Source: an uncultured Acidobacteriota bacterium (GTDB lineage: Bacteria > Acidobacteriota > Thermoanaerobaculia > Multivoradales > SZUA-115). From it: a DNA stretch of 64,000 nt. Positions within the stretch are counted from its first letter, which is position 1, and every line of letters starts with the position of its first letter. The position numbers and the translations under genes were made by a program. This document shows positions 46,908 to 58,468 of this stretch, piece after piece. Location of the stretch: contig CAWDVR010000004.1 of NCBI GenBank assembly GCA_963805975.1, forward strand, positions 96,001 through 160,000, read 5' to 3'. The notes beneath the pieces are model-generated. The model worked only from the letters and a program-made list of their open reading frames with translations. It was not told the origin of the DNA and did no database searches.

Positions 46908-48616
46908 GGGACCACCAGCGCCCAGGCGCTCGTGTCGCCGGTCTCGAAGCCGTCGGAGAAGATCTCCGCGCCCAGCGAGACCTCGAGAAAGACGGCCGTG
47001 GGGACGCCGCGGTTGCCGAGCGCGTCCTCGGCCACGACGTAGATCAGGTGCCGTCCGGGCGCCAGAGTCGAAGTGTCGAGCACGGCCGTCAGCCCTTCCA
47101 CTCCGGCATTGAAGCTGCCGTCCGCGGCGGCCATGGGGAGCGGCACTCCGTTCCAGGGCGGCGTGTCGACCGTGTAGCCCGCGCCGGCGATGGTCTGCGT
47201 GGGCTCCGTGCCGCAGCCGTTGCTCGCGTAGCGGGTGTCGTTGGCGGTCGCCGTCAGGGTCACGGGGTCGCCCGGCTCGACCAGGGGCGCGCTCACCAGC
47301 GCGTTCAGTACCTCCGGGCCTTTTGGCTCCTGGTAGGGGCGGCGAGCCGCTTTCACGGCGTAGCGCAGCGCCGCGAGATTGTTCGGGAGGATGGTGTTCT
47401 GGAAGCTGGTGCAGCTCTCGAAGAAGTTGTTGCCCACCTCGAAGGTGTAGGCGGAGACGCCGTACACCCCGTAGGCCACGTCCACTGTGGTGCCGGATGC
47501 CGGCGGCAGGCTGTCCTGGCAGGCGAGGTAGCCGTTGGCGAAGCCGAACTTGCGGCCGAGGCTGGCGAGGCCGCTGTCGTTGGGTGACGGTGTCGAGGCC
47601 CCTTCCCAGGGGAAGAGGACGAGCTCGCCGAAGCTGTGGAGCGAGATGAAGAGCCCGGTGGCGGTGTCGGGTGCGGCGTCGCCCATGGCCGGACCGCGCT
47701 GGTCGTCGAGAACCTGCGCCATGTAGGCCTCGATCGCCGCCGTTTCCGGCTCCGAGGCGGGGGTGGGGCCGCGGAAGGTCTCGTTGCAGGCACTGCCGCT
47801 CGAGAACGAGCCGCCCCAGAAGACGGTGCTGTTGCGGTTCAAGTCGATGCCGCGGTTGTTGGTGTCGGCGCAGAAGTTGTTGTCGACGTTCTTGCGCCAC
47901 GACTGCCCGGCTTCCGCCCGCTTGCGGCCGTCCGGGTTGAGCTGCGCGATGATGTGGATCTCGCCGTGGTCGAGGATCCAGGTGGCGTCCGGGTTCGTGC
48001 CGTAGCCCGCCACCAGCTCCTCGGCGAAGCGCGTGGCGATCTCCGCCGTGGCGTACTCCCGCGCGTGGATGGCGGCGATCAGGATGAACGGGAACTTGGG
48101 CCCCGGGACCGCCGGGTTCGAGAGCACCAGCGCGAAGAGGTCGTAGCCCGGGCCGGGGCCGACGGCCTTGTTCCAAGTGTCGCCGATGTCCACCCAGGAA
48201 GCGATCCCGGGATGGGCCGCGGCGAGGCCCGAAAGGCTGGCGTAGGTCTCTTCGACGGTGCGGTAGCAAGGGAAGCCGGAGATGCCCGCCCGCTGCCCAG
48301 GCAGGGGCTCGATGGGCCGGGCGAAGCGCTCGGTGCGCTCGTAGTCGAGGTCGATGGCCCACCCGGAGCGCACCAAAGCCTCGTACTCCTCGGCCGAGAC
48401 CAGCACCAGCGCATAGCCCTGGCGCGGGTCGTAGGTCCAGAGGTCAGTGCTCCGGGCGAGCGCCGCCACCAGGCCGAGGTCGCGTGTCCAGACCCTCGCC
48501 ACCACCTTCGAGGGTGCCTCGCCCGGCAGCGGCTCCTCGGCCGCGCTCGCCGGCCCCGCGGCCAGCAAGGCCAGCAGTGCCGTCACGACGAGAGCCGAGC
48601 GATAGAGAGTGGTCAT
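46904..48616 (-). CDS. Secreted M14 zinc carboxypeptidase with Ig-like domain and IFSDGFETGD tail
   Basis: Signal peptide; IHARE, NPDG, WRKN, GIDLNRN, SEPET, SLHS, YTFE. Confidence 0.92.
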   Translation of the reverse strand: MTTLYRSALVVTALLALLAAGPASAAEEPLPGEAPSKVVARVWTRDLGLVAALARSTDLWTYDPRQGYALVLVSAEEYEALVRSGWAIDLDYERTERFARPIEPLPGQRAGISGFPCYRTVEETYASLSGLAAAHPGIASWVDIGDTWNKAVGPGPGYDLFALVLSNPAVPGPKFPFILIAAIHAREYATAEIATRFAEELVAGYGTNPDATWILDHGEIHIIAQLNPDGRKRAEAGQSWRKNVDNNFCADTNNRGIDLNRNSTVFWGGSFSSGSACNETFRGPTPASEPETAAIEAYMAQVLDDQRGPAMGDAAPDTATGLFISLHSFGELVLFPWEGASTPSPNDSGLASLGRKFGFANGYLACQDSLPPASGTTVDVAYGVYGVSAYTFEVGNNFFESCTSFQNTILPNNLAALRYAVKAARRPYQEPKGPEVLNALVSAPLVEPGDPVTLTATANDTRYASNGCGTEPTQTIAGAGYTVDTPPWNGVPLPMAAADGSFNAGVEGLTAVLDTSTLAPGRHLIYVVAEDALGNRGVPTAVFLEVSLGAEIFSDGFETGDTSAWALVVP

Positions 48617-48722
48617 GCTGGTTCGATGAGAACGAAGAATGGCTGCCCCGGCATCCTAGCGGGCGCGATAGGGGGATGCAACTTCAGGAAGGGGTGCTGG
48701 TGCTGCTTCAGCCTCGGAGCCG

Positions 48723-48801
48723 CCGCCCAGATCCTTCGCTGCGCTCAGGATGACAGACGAAAGACCGATGTCATCCTGAGCGCAGCGAAGGATCTGGGCG
48801 G
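48723..48801. repeat. Inverted pair of REP-like units (GTCATCCTGAGCGCAGCGAAGGATCT family)
   Basis: 33-bp perfect inverted repeat 48723-48755 / 48769-48801. Confidence 0.85.
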
Positions 48802-48820
48802 TCGGCCTTCCGAGAAGGCT

Positions 48821-49540
48821 TCAGAACCGCCAGGTCACGCCAGCCGTCAGCTCGCGGCCGGAGAGGTCGATCTTGCTCTCCAGATCGGCGAAATCACCCT
48901 CGAGATCGTCCTCGGCATCGTGCCAGCGACCTTGGGCGAAGAGGGAGAGCGAGGAGCTGACCGAGACCTCGAGGCCGGCCATCCAGTACCAGCCGGCCGC
49001 CACGCCATCATCTTGGAAAATGTCGGAGAAGATCTCGAGCTCCGGGCCCGAGAAGTCGATGAAGTCGCCCGCCTCCTCGAGGTCCCAGGCGTAGAGGCCG
49101 GCGCCCACCCCCACATAAGGCACGACCGGCGCGTGGCGCGGCGCCAGATTGACCCCCAGGCCCACGGTGGCAGACGCCAGGGTGAACGTGGTGTCGTGGA
49201 GGATCGAGTCGCCGTTGCCGTCCTCGAAGTCCCGGTAGCCCTGCGTCGAGCTGCCTTCGAAGATGCTGCCGCCCACGTGCAGGCGCAGGTGGCCGCGAAT
49301 GTCGCGTACGTACTCGATGCCGCCCACGAAATCCTCGAAGTCCGAGGTCTCGCCGGTGAAGTCGGCCTCGACGCCAGCCCAGTACTCGGAATCCCCCTCC
49401 GGCTCGAACACCCCACCGAAGAAGCGGACGGCGTTCTCGTAGTCGTAGTCCTCGGTGTACTGGTAGTCGTTCTGGGCGGCGGCCGGTAACGCGCCGGCGA
49501 CCGCCAGGGCTAGTGCAATCAGGCTGAGTCGTTTTGTCAC
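48821..49540 (-). CDS. Outer membrane beta-barrel protein
   Basis: Signal peptide, PYVGVGAG strand, C-terminal GVTWRF. Confidence 0.85.
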   Translation of the reverse strand: MTKRLSLIALALAVAGALPAAAQNDYQYTEDYDYENAVRFFGGVFEPEGDSEYWAGVEADFTGETSDFEDFVGGIEYVRDIRGHLRLHVGGSIFEGSSTQGYRDFEDGNGDSILHDTTFTLASATVGLGVNLAPRHAPVVPYVGVGAGLYAWDLEEAGDFIDFSGPELEIFSDIFQDDGVAAGWYWMAGLEVSVSSSLSLFAQGRWHDAEDDLEGDFADLESKIDLSGRELTAGVTWRF

Positions 49541-49585
49541 GGGTTTTTCTCCTCTCTTGCGGCTCTACCCTCGGCGGGCCGGGAC

Positions 49586-49601
49586 AGCAAGCCCGGTGCC
49601 A
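49586..49601 (-). promoter_or_regulatory. Sigma54 (-24/-12) promoter for the beta-barrel gene
   Basis: TGGCAC-CGGGC-TTGCT on the minus strand, ending 45 nt upstream of the start codon. Confidence 0.7.
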
Positions 49602-49737
49602 GGCCTGGAAGCCTCTTTCCGACCGGCGTTCTCCGTACACCGGGGCCCGGAGCGGACCATGGCAAGGACGGCCAATCTTCCAGCGAGGACAGGCTCTGCT
49701 AACGTCCACCCTCTGGCAGAATCACGGCGGAGGCGCG

Positions 49738-50604
49738 ATGGCCCGCAGGAACTCACCCAACCAGCTCGAGCTCTTCGATCCCGCCGCTTCTTCGGCGGCA
49801 ACCGGGAAGGGACGGCCGCCGAAGGGGCCGGAGAATCGCTCCACGGTCAAGCGGGCGACCCCGAGGCGCGACGCCGGCCGCCTGCGCGCCGATCTCGACG
49901 GTCTCTTCGGGGGGCGGCTGGCCGACCTGGTGCTCACCCGCAACCGGCACTCGATCATCTCGGCCCGCCCGCTGCCGTCCAACCGGGCGAAGATCACCCT
50001 GCGCCTCGACGAGTGCTTCCTCTCGGCAGCGCCGACCACGCTGGCAGCGGTTGCGGCCTGGGTCCTTTCGGGGCCGCGCAAGAGCTCCGCGGCCCTGGCC
50101 CGGATCCGCGACCACTACGCCATGGCGGCGGATCACGAGGCCCGTTCCAAGAGGCCGCGCAAAGCCGCACCGCGCCGCACCGCGGGCGAGGTGGTCGACC
50201 TGGCGCGGGCCTTCGCGCGTCTCAACCGCCGCTACTTCGGTGGCGCTCTCGAGGTCGGTATCACCTGGGGCAAGGCTTCGGCCGCCAGGAGCACCGGCGC
50301 CCGGGCTGCGGCGCGGCGCCGCCTCGGCCGGACCCGGACCATCCAGCTCGGCAGCTTCAGCTTCGAGCAGAAGCTGATCCGCGTTCACCCCTGCCTGGAC
50401 CACGAGAGCGTTCCGCCGCACGTGGTCGAGGCCGTGGTCTACCACGAGATGGTGCACGCCGCTCTGCCGGCGCCGGCGCGTGGCTCGGCGCGCCGCGTGC
50501 TCCACCCCCCGGAGTTCTACGAGCTGGAGCGGCGCTACGAGCGCCACCGCGAGGCGGAAGCCTGGATCGGTGCCAACTTCGGGAAGCTGCTGCGGAGGTG
50601 CTAG
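49738..50604 (+). CDS. SprT/M48-like zinc metalloprotease domain protein
   Basis: LNRRYF, QLGSF, IRVHPCLD, VYHEMVH (HExxH), HPPEF; GGAGG SD before ATG 49738. Confidence 0.75.
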   Translation: MARRNSPNQLELFDPAASSAATGKGRPPKGPENRSTVKRATPRRDAGRLRADLDGLFGGRLADLVLTRNRHSIISARPLPSNRAKITLRLDECFLSAAPTTLAAVAAWVLSGPRKSSAALARIRDHYAMAADHEARSKRPRKAAPRRTAGEVVDLARAFARLNRRYFGGALEVGITWGKASAARSTGARAAARRRLGRTRTIQLGSFSFEQKLIRVHPCLDHESVPPHVVEAVVYHEMVHAALPAPARGSARRVLHPPEFYELERRYERHREAEAWIGANFGKLLRRC

Positions 50605-50852
50605 CTGGGCTTCGCTGAAGGGTGCCCGTAGAGACGCTGGCATCGCTGCTCGAGCGTCCGCAGGAGCCAGTGGTCGGGGTTGTGGATCTCGTCCCATTTG
50701 TAGAGCAGGGCGAGGACCATGTCCTGAAGGAGTTTGTCTGCGTCAGCCTTGGGCACCTGATGCTCTGTGAGCAACTGCTCCACCTGAGGGCGGAGTCGCT
50801 CCATGACCAAGGCGGGTTCCTGGTACCAGCGGCGCTCGTTTGTGAGGGGCAT
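50601..50852 (-). CDS. Small protein resembling ECF sigma factor region 2 only
   Basis: DADKLLQDMVLALL..W..I.NP..WLL...QRC pattern; stops before any region 4. Confidence 0.5.
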   Translation of the reverse strand: MPLTNERRWYQEPALVMERLRPQVEQLLTEHQVPKADADKLLQDMVLALLYKWDEIHNPDHWLLRTLEQRCQRLYGHPSAKPS

Positions 50853-50959
50853 AGTGCCGCTATTATGCACCGCTCGCTCGCGCTCTACCAGAGGGAAGTT
50901 GTTTTAGGAAGTCTCGCGGCGTTTTAGCCGATCTTTTCTTGCTTGCGAATAATAGCTCT

Positions 50960-52606
50960 TCAGCGTTTCGTGCGAGCGCCTTTTTCCTCGACGGAAAGCA
51001 CCCAGCCGACGAGCTTCCCGGGCTCGATCGGCCCCTGAGCGGGCCAGAAATCGTGCTGCCGCAGATGGCGGCTCGAGGAGTCGCCCGCGGGCAGGGCGTC
51101 GATCTCGGCATGGATCGCCGCGATCCGCTCCACCCACCGGCGGCAGTTGGCCTCCCGCAGGTCCACCCAGCCGTCCTGAACCCAGGTCTCGAGCTTGGCT
51201 GCCGTCACCGGCTCCGCCTTGGCGTCCCCAGGCACCAGCACCTGGGGCCCGCGGATCACCTCCCCCGAGGCGAGCAGCACGGGAACGCCGACCGCCGCGA
51301 TCTCGTTGGCGAGCTCCGGCTCGCTCGCCACCTTGGCGTTGAGGCGTGCCGAGACCTCGGAGGGCTGGCAGTCGGCCACCGACGCCAGGGTGGCGAAGGT
51401 CTCGCGCAGCAGGTGGGCCTCGAACAGCAGCTTCGAGACCCGCGGTGGCCCAAGCATCTCGAAGGCCACGCTCCGCGTGCCACCGTGCCGGCGCTCGAGC
51501 TCGTTCATGCGCTCGAGCGCCCGGTGGCGCAGGACGCCCGCCCGGTAGGTGGGGCCGAACACGGCGCCGTCGAGCGCCGCGACGATGTCGTGCCCGGTGT
51601 TGCCGCCTTCGATCTCGTAGACCGCGTATTGCGCGATCTCCTCCGGGGTCACGAACTCCATCTGCTCGAGGGTGGTCAGGGTGGCGAACTCCTCGAGGCT
51701 GAAGAGCCCGTTCTCGCCGGTGTCGATGTAGGTGGCCTCGAGCGCCTGGTCGAGCTCCCGCGCCGCGTCCGGGTCGCAGGTCGAGAAGGTGGCGCCGAGC
51801 GGCCGTGGCCGGGCGTCGACTCTCTGGAGCGGCTGGCCACGGCGGTGGATGGGGCCGTGGCCGATCTTCTTCCAGCCGATGGCCGCGGCCGGCTTGATCT
51901 CCTTGGTGATCGGCGCGCCGGGCGTTCTCGCCATCAGGAACAGCAGCATGGAGTGGGCGCCGGCGAGCGCGCTCTTGGCAAGAAGCACCCGGCTCGGGCG
52001 CTCCTCGGAGTGGGTGTAGGGGATGTTGAGGCCCATTCCGCCGGTGCCGGTAGTGCCGACCTTGAGGTATACCTTGGCGCCGGCGTCGACCATGCCGCGG
52101 TAGAGCACCTGGAGGTGGCGGATCAGGCCGGGGGTCGCCAGCGCTTCGAGCAGATCCTCGACGGCGGCGCCGTCGAGAGGGCCGGCGTCGGTATCGCCGG
52201 CGCCCAGCATTTCGGCCACCTTGCCCGCGGCCTTGAACTGGTCGCGGTAGGCGATGCCGGTCGCCGTGTTCACGCAATCGACGACGATATCCGGCTGGGC
52301 GGCGGTGAGCATCTCGTAGAGCAGGTAGCTCGCGAGCGTTTCCTCCGACAGGGCTCCGAGCTGTGCCAGGAGGCTGGCCCGCCGCGAGGGCTCGCCCAAC
52401 TGCCCGAAGATGTCGCCCCAGGAGACGGTGAGCGCTGCGCCCCCGGCCTCCGCCGCCAGCTCGCCGCGCGCGGCCTCCGCCTCCTCGCGCCGCAAGCTGT
52501 GGATCTGCACCTCGCGCGGGCCCTTGGCCAGCACCTCACGGCACACCGCCATGCCCACCAGGCCGTAGCCTCCCAACACGAGGACCTTGCGCCCTCCGAT
52601 GTTCAC
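50960..52606 (-). CDS. Rossmann-fold NAD(P)-binding protein of unknown function
   Basis: VLVLGGYGLVG; conserved-looking KVGTTGTGGMGLNIPYTHSEE; GTG 52606 with GGAGG SD. Confidence 0.75.
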   Translation of the reverse strand: MNIGGRKVLVLGGYGLVGMAVCREVLAKGPREVQIHSLRREEAEAARGELAAEAGGAALTVSWGDIFGQLGEPSRRASLLAQLGALSEETLASYLLYEMLTAAQPDIVVDCVNTATGIAYRDQFKAAGKVAEMLGAGDTDAGPLDGAAVEDLLEALATPGLIRHLQVLYRGMVDAGAKVYLKVGTTGTGGMGLNIPYTHSEERPSRVLLAKSALAGAHSMLLFLMARTPGAPITKEIKPAAAIGWKKIGHGPIHRRGQPLQRVDARPRPLGATFSTCDPDAARELDQALEATYIDTGENGLFSLEEFATLTTLEQMEFVTPEEIAQYAVYEIEGGNTGHDIVAALDGAVFGPTYRAGVLRHRALERMNELERRHGGTRSVAFEMLGPPRVSKLLFEAHLLRETFATLASVADCQPSEVSARLNAKVASEPELANEIAAVGVPVLLASGEVIRGPQVLVPGDAKAEPVTAAKLETWVQDGWVDLREANCRRWVERIAAIHAEIDALPAGDSSSRHLRQHDFWPAQGPIEPGKLVGWVLSVEEKGARTKR

Positions 52607-52757
52607 CGCTTTGTCCTCCCGGGATTCGAAACGTCCGCCGTCGCCGGCTGCCGCACCGCGGCTGGGGAGAGGCGATCCTATACGATAAGCTCCGCGCCCC
52701 CGGCGCTCCACGCGCGCCGTCCACCCAACAGGCAGCACGATCAAAGCCGAGGTCGGA

Positions 52758-54358
<1,601 letters not shown>

Positions 54359-54362
<4 letters not shown>

Positions 54363-56581
54363 GCGCGCTGCGCCCGCTGCCCGACCTCGCACGCGAGCTC
54401 AACCCCGAGCAGCTCGCCGCCGTGACCCACGGCGAGGGGCCGCAGCTCGTGCTGGCCGGCGCCGGCTCGGGAAAGACGCGGGTCATCACCTTTCGCATCG
54501 CCTGGCTGGTCCACGAGCGCGGAGTGGACCCGTCGCGCATCGTGGCCGTCACCTTCACCAACAAGGCGGCGGCCGAGATGCGCGAGCGGGTGGAGGAACT
54601 GCTGGGGTTGATGCCGCTGCCCACCTTCGTCGGCACCTTCCACCGTTTCGCGCTCACCCTGTTGCGCCGCTGGGGCGACCGCGTGGGCCTGGCGCGCGAC
54701 TTCTCGATCCTCGACTCGGCCGACCAGCGCGCGCTCGTCAAGCAGGCGCTCGCCGACGAGCAGCTCTCGGAGAAGGCGTTCGCGCCCAACGCCGTGCACG
54801 CCGCGATCAGTGCCGCCAAGAACCGGCTGCTCGACCATCAGTCCTACGCCGCCCAGGCGTCGACTTTTTTCGAGAAGAAAGTGGCGCAGGTCTTCCACCG
54901 CTACCAGACCCTCGCCAAGCAGGGCTCGGCAATCGACTTCGACGACATGCTCGCCCTCGCGGTCAAGCTCCTGCGCACCGACGAGGAGGTCGCGAGCCGG
55001 GTGCGCTTCCGGGCCGAGTACCTGCTGGTGGACGAGTACCAGGACACCAATCACGCGCAGCTCGCGCTGATCGAGCTGCTGGCCGGCAAGGACGGCAACC
55101 TGACCGCGGTCGGCGACGAGGACCAGGGCATCTACCGCTGGCGGGGGGCCGAGCTCGAGAACATCCTCGAGTTCGAGAAGGGCTTTCCCCAGGCCGTGGT
55201 GAGAAAGCTCGAGCGCAACTATCGCTCGACCCAGAACATCCTCGACGCCTCGGGCGCGCTCGTCGCCCACAACCAGCACCGCCGCGGCAAGCGCCTGTGG
55301 ACCGAGGCCGGTGCCGGCGAGCCCATCGTCCTCTACCGGGCGAGCGACGAGGTGGACGAAGCGCGCTGGGTGGTGGACACGATCACCGCGCTGCGCCATC
55401 GGCACAAGCTCGCCGAGATGGCGATCCTGGTGCGCACCAACGCCCAGACGCGGGCGCTCGAGGACGAGCTCCTGCGCCAGGAGGTGCCCTACACGCTGGT
55501 CGGCGGCGTGCGCTTCTACGAGCGCGCCGAGATCAAGGACCTGGTGGCCTACCTGCGCGTGCTCCGCAACCCGCGCGACACCTTGTCCCTGTCGCGCATC
55601 ATCAACCAGCCGCCGCGCGGCATCGGCAAGAGCTCGCTCGACCGCCTGCGCGAGGCCGCGATGGAGCTCGGCCAGCCGGTCTGGGACGTGCTCTACCTGG
55701 ACCAGCTCGGCGGCTTCGCGGCGAGGAGCGCCCAGGCGCTGCGGGGCTTGCGCGACCTCGTCGTGCGCCTCCAGGAGGCTTCGCGCGTGCTGCTCCTGCC
55801 GCAGCTCCTCGAAGCCCTGCTCGAGGAAACCAAGTACACGGAGCTCTACGACAAGAACGATCCCGAGGGCCTGGCCCGGCTCGAGAACATCCAGGAGTTC
55901 CTCTCCGCCGCCCAGGAGTTCGCGGAGAAGCACGGCCCCACCGTGGACACCGAGGAGGGCCTCCTCACCTCGTTCCTCGATCATGCCTCGTTGATGAGCG
56001 ACCTCGACGGCCTGGCCTCCGGCCGCGGGGTCTCGGTGATGACGCTCCACAGCGCCAAGGGCCTGGAGTTCGAGGCGGTGTTCGTGGCCGGGCTCGAAGA
56101 CGGCCTCCTGCCGCACTTCAACGCCCAGGGGGCGCGCGAGGACCTCGAGGAGGAACGGCGGCTGCTCTACGTGGGAATGACGCGGGCGCGCCAGAAGCTC
56201 TACCTCTCCTGCTGCCGGCGCCGCCGCGTGGCGGGCTACTACCAGGACCAGATGGAGTCCCCGTTCCTCGCGGAGATCCCGGCCGAGCTCGTCGACACCC
56301 GACTGAGCCCCAGCCTCTTCCCCGACTCCAGAGGCTCGGGCGTGCGCTCTTTCTTCGGCGGTGATCGCTCTCGGTTCGCCGGCGCGCCGCCCATCGTCAG
56401 TCGGGGTGCGCCTCCCGGCCCGGCGCTCTCCCAGGGCACGCGCGTGCGCCACCCCACCCTGGGACCGGGCACGGTGCTCGAGCTCGACGGCAGCGGCGAC
56501 CTCGCCAAGGTGACGATCTTCTTCGAGCGCGAGGGCAAGCGCCGCCTGCTCTTGAAGTACGCGAACCTGGAAGAAGCCTGA
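54359..56581 (+). CDS. pcrA: UvrD/PcrA ATP-dependent DNA helicase
   Basis: [57 protein letters not shown]; C-terminal Tudor-like domain; GTG 54359. Confidence 0.95.
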
Positions 56582-56597
56582 TCCGGCGGGACGCGGC

Positions 56598-58055
56598 TCA
56601 GGCCCCGAGCGCGGCGGCCTGTTCGCGGAGGATCTGCAGCGCCAGGTCGATCGTCCGCCGGTGGGTCCGGAAGGACAGCGCGACCATGCGCAGCGTGAAG
56701 CGGCCGTCGAGCAGCGTCGAGGAGAGAAACACCCGGCCGTCCCGCCGCACCCGGTCGACGATCACCTGGTTGAGCTCGTTGGCGCGCTCCAGGCTCACGC
56801 CGGGCGGGGCCCAGCGGAAGGTGACGATCGACAGGTCGGGCGGTGGGCCGACCTCGAAGCCGAGAGCCTGGATCTCCCGTTGGAAGTAGCGGGCCAGGAG
56901 CAGCTTCTCGTCGAGCGCCGCCGCGAAGGGCTTCGTGCCCAGCAGGATGAGCGGCAGCCACATGCGGAGCGCCCGAAAGGGCTTGCGTCAGCTCGGGCGA
57001 CAGGTCGGCGGGCGAGATCTCGCCGGGCTCCACGCTCGCGCGTCCTGCATGTAGGCGCCCGAGAAGCGGTGCGTGGCCGCGAGCAGCCTCGGCGTCCCGA
57101 ACCACCACGATCCCGGCCCCCCAGGGCAGGAAGAGGCTCTTGTGCGGATCGAGGACCACCGAGTCGGAGCGCTCGATCCCGCGGAGCGCTCTCCGGCCGT
57201 GCTCGGTCAGGAGGAAGAAGCCGCCGTACGCCGCGTCCACGTGGAACCAGCAGCGCTCGCGCTCGCGCGATGGTGGCGATCTCGTCGAGCGGGTCCACCG
57301 CGCCGGTGTCCGTGGTGCCCGCGGCGGCGATGATCAGCCATGGCTTCGCGCCCCGGGCACGGTCGGCGGCGATGGCCTCCGCCAGCGCCTCGGGCCGCAT
57401 CCGGAAGCCGTCGTCGATCGGGACGTAGCGAACCTGCACCTCGCCGAGCCCCGCGATGCGGAGGGCCTTCTCGAGGCAGTGGTGGGCCTGGGTCGTGAGG
57501 TAGACCACCGCCGAGGCGAGATCGGCCCCGCGGAGGCCATGGGCGTCGCGGGCCGTGGCGATCGCCGTCAGGCTGGCGATGCTGCCGCCGGAGGCGATGT
57601 TGCCGGCGGCCCCGGCCGGGTAGCCCACCAGGTCGGCCACCCAGCGCAGCAGCATGTTCTCCATCCGCACCGGCCCGGGGCCGGTAAAGGAGATGCCCGC
57701 GTACTTGTTGCTGACCGCGGCCAGATAATCGGCCAGCGCCGAGTGGTAGATCCCGCCGCCCGGGATGTAGGCCAGGTGCGCGCCCGAGGCCGGGTTGCCG
57801 CCGGGGCGGACCACGTCGTGCTCCAGCAGCTCGATCGACGGCGTCGAGCGGGATGCCCTGCTCCGAGATCGGCGAGCCCAGGAGCCCGATCCCCTGGTCG
57901 TCCGCCTCCTCGAAACCCTTGAGCGTGTCGATGGTGCGCAGAAAGCGCTCGGAGGAGGCGACCACCGCGTTGCGCAGCCGCCGGCGCTCGCCGGGCCCGG
58001 GATCGAGCGGCCTCGCGGCCCGTTCGAGCTCGCGGATGCGTCTCAGCTCAGTCAC
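56598..58055 (-). pseudogene. PLP-dependent group II amino acid decarboxylase broken by about 5 frameshifts (pseudogene or poorly polished sequence)
   Basis: Fragments in successive frames: HLAYIPGGG, SGGSIASL, AGTTDTGAVDPL, VDAAYGGFF, DPHKSLFLP (PLP lysine), RVFLSST. Confidence 0.8.
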
Positions 58056-58159
58056 GATTCTCTCCTCCGGCCGCCAAGCTACCAGGAACCGAATCGACTG
58101 AGGAGATCCATTTACGGCAATCAGCCTGTACCATTTCGAGGCTCAGGCAGACCATCCGG

Positions 58160-58265
58160 GCTCGCGCTCGACAGCAGCGGCGATCTGGCCAAGGAGGCGA
58201 TTTTCTTTGAGCGCGAGGGCAAGCGCCACCTGCTGCTGAAGTACGCGAACCTGGAAGTGGTGTAG
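58160..58265 (+). repeat. Degenerate direct repeat of the pcrA 3' end (matches 56476-56581)
   Basis: 11 mismatches over 98 nt by manual alignment; encodes ..[20 protein letters not shown]. Confidence 0.92.
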
Positions 58266-58315
58266 GCGGCGGCAGCCACACGCGCCGGAGACCAGGCTTG
58301 GCCGCTGTACCTCGG

Positions 58316-58468
58316 CTATTTCCCCTTTCGACCAACTGGTGGCGGCGCTGGGGCCTTCCCCGATGGTGACTTAACTGGCGGCGCGGGCTTAGCGCCCTCC
58401 TTGATAATTGCTTCTTTAGATGGGCGATGCTCTGACGGCTGTGGTCTTTCCTCGTTCTTGCTACTCAT
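58316..58468 (-). CDS. 50-aa Pro/Lys-rich peptide coupled to the upstream membrane protein
   Basis: ATG 58468 overlaps the upstream stop, AGGAG SD; low-GC island. Confidence 0.55.
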   Translation of the reverse strand: MSSKNEERPQPSEHRPSKEAIIKEGAKPAPPVKSPSGKAPAPPPVGRKGK

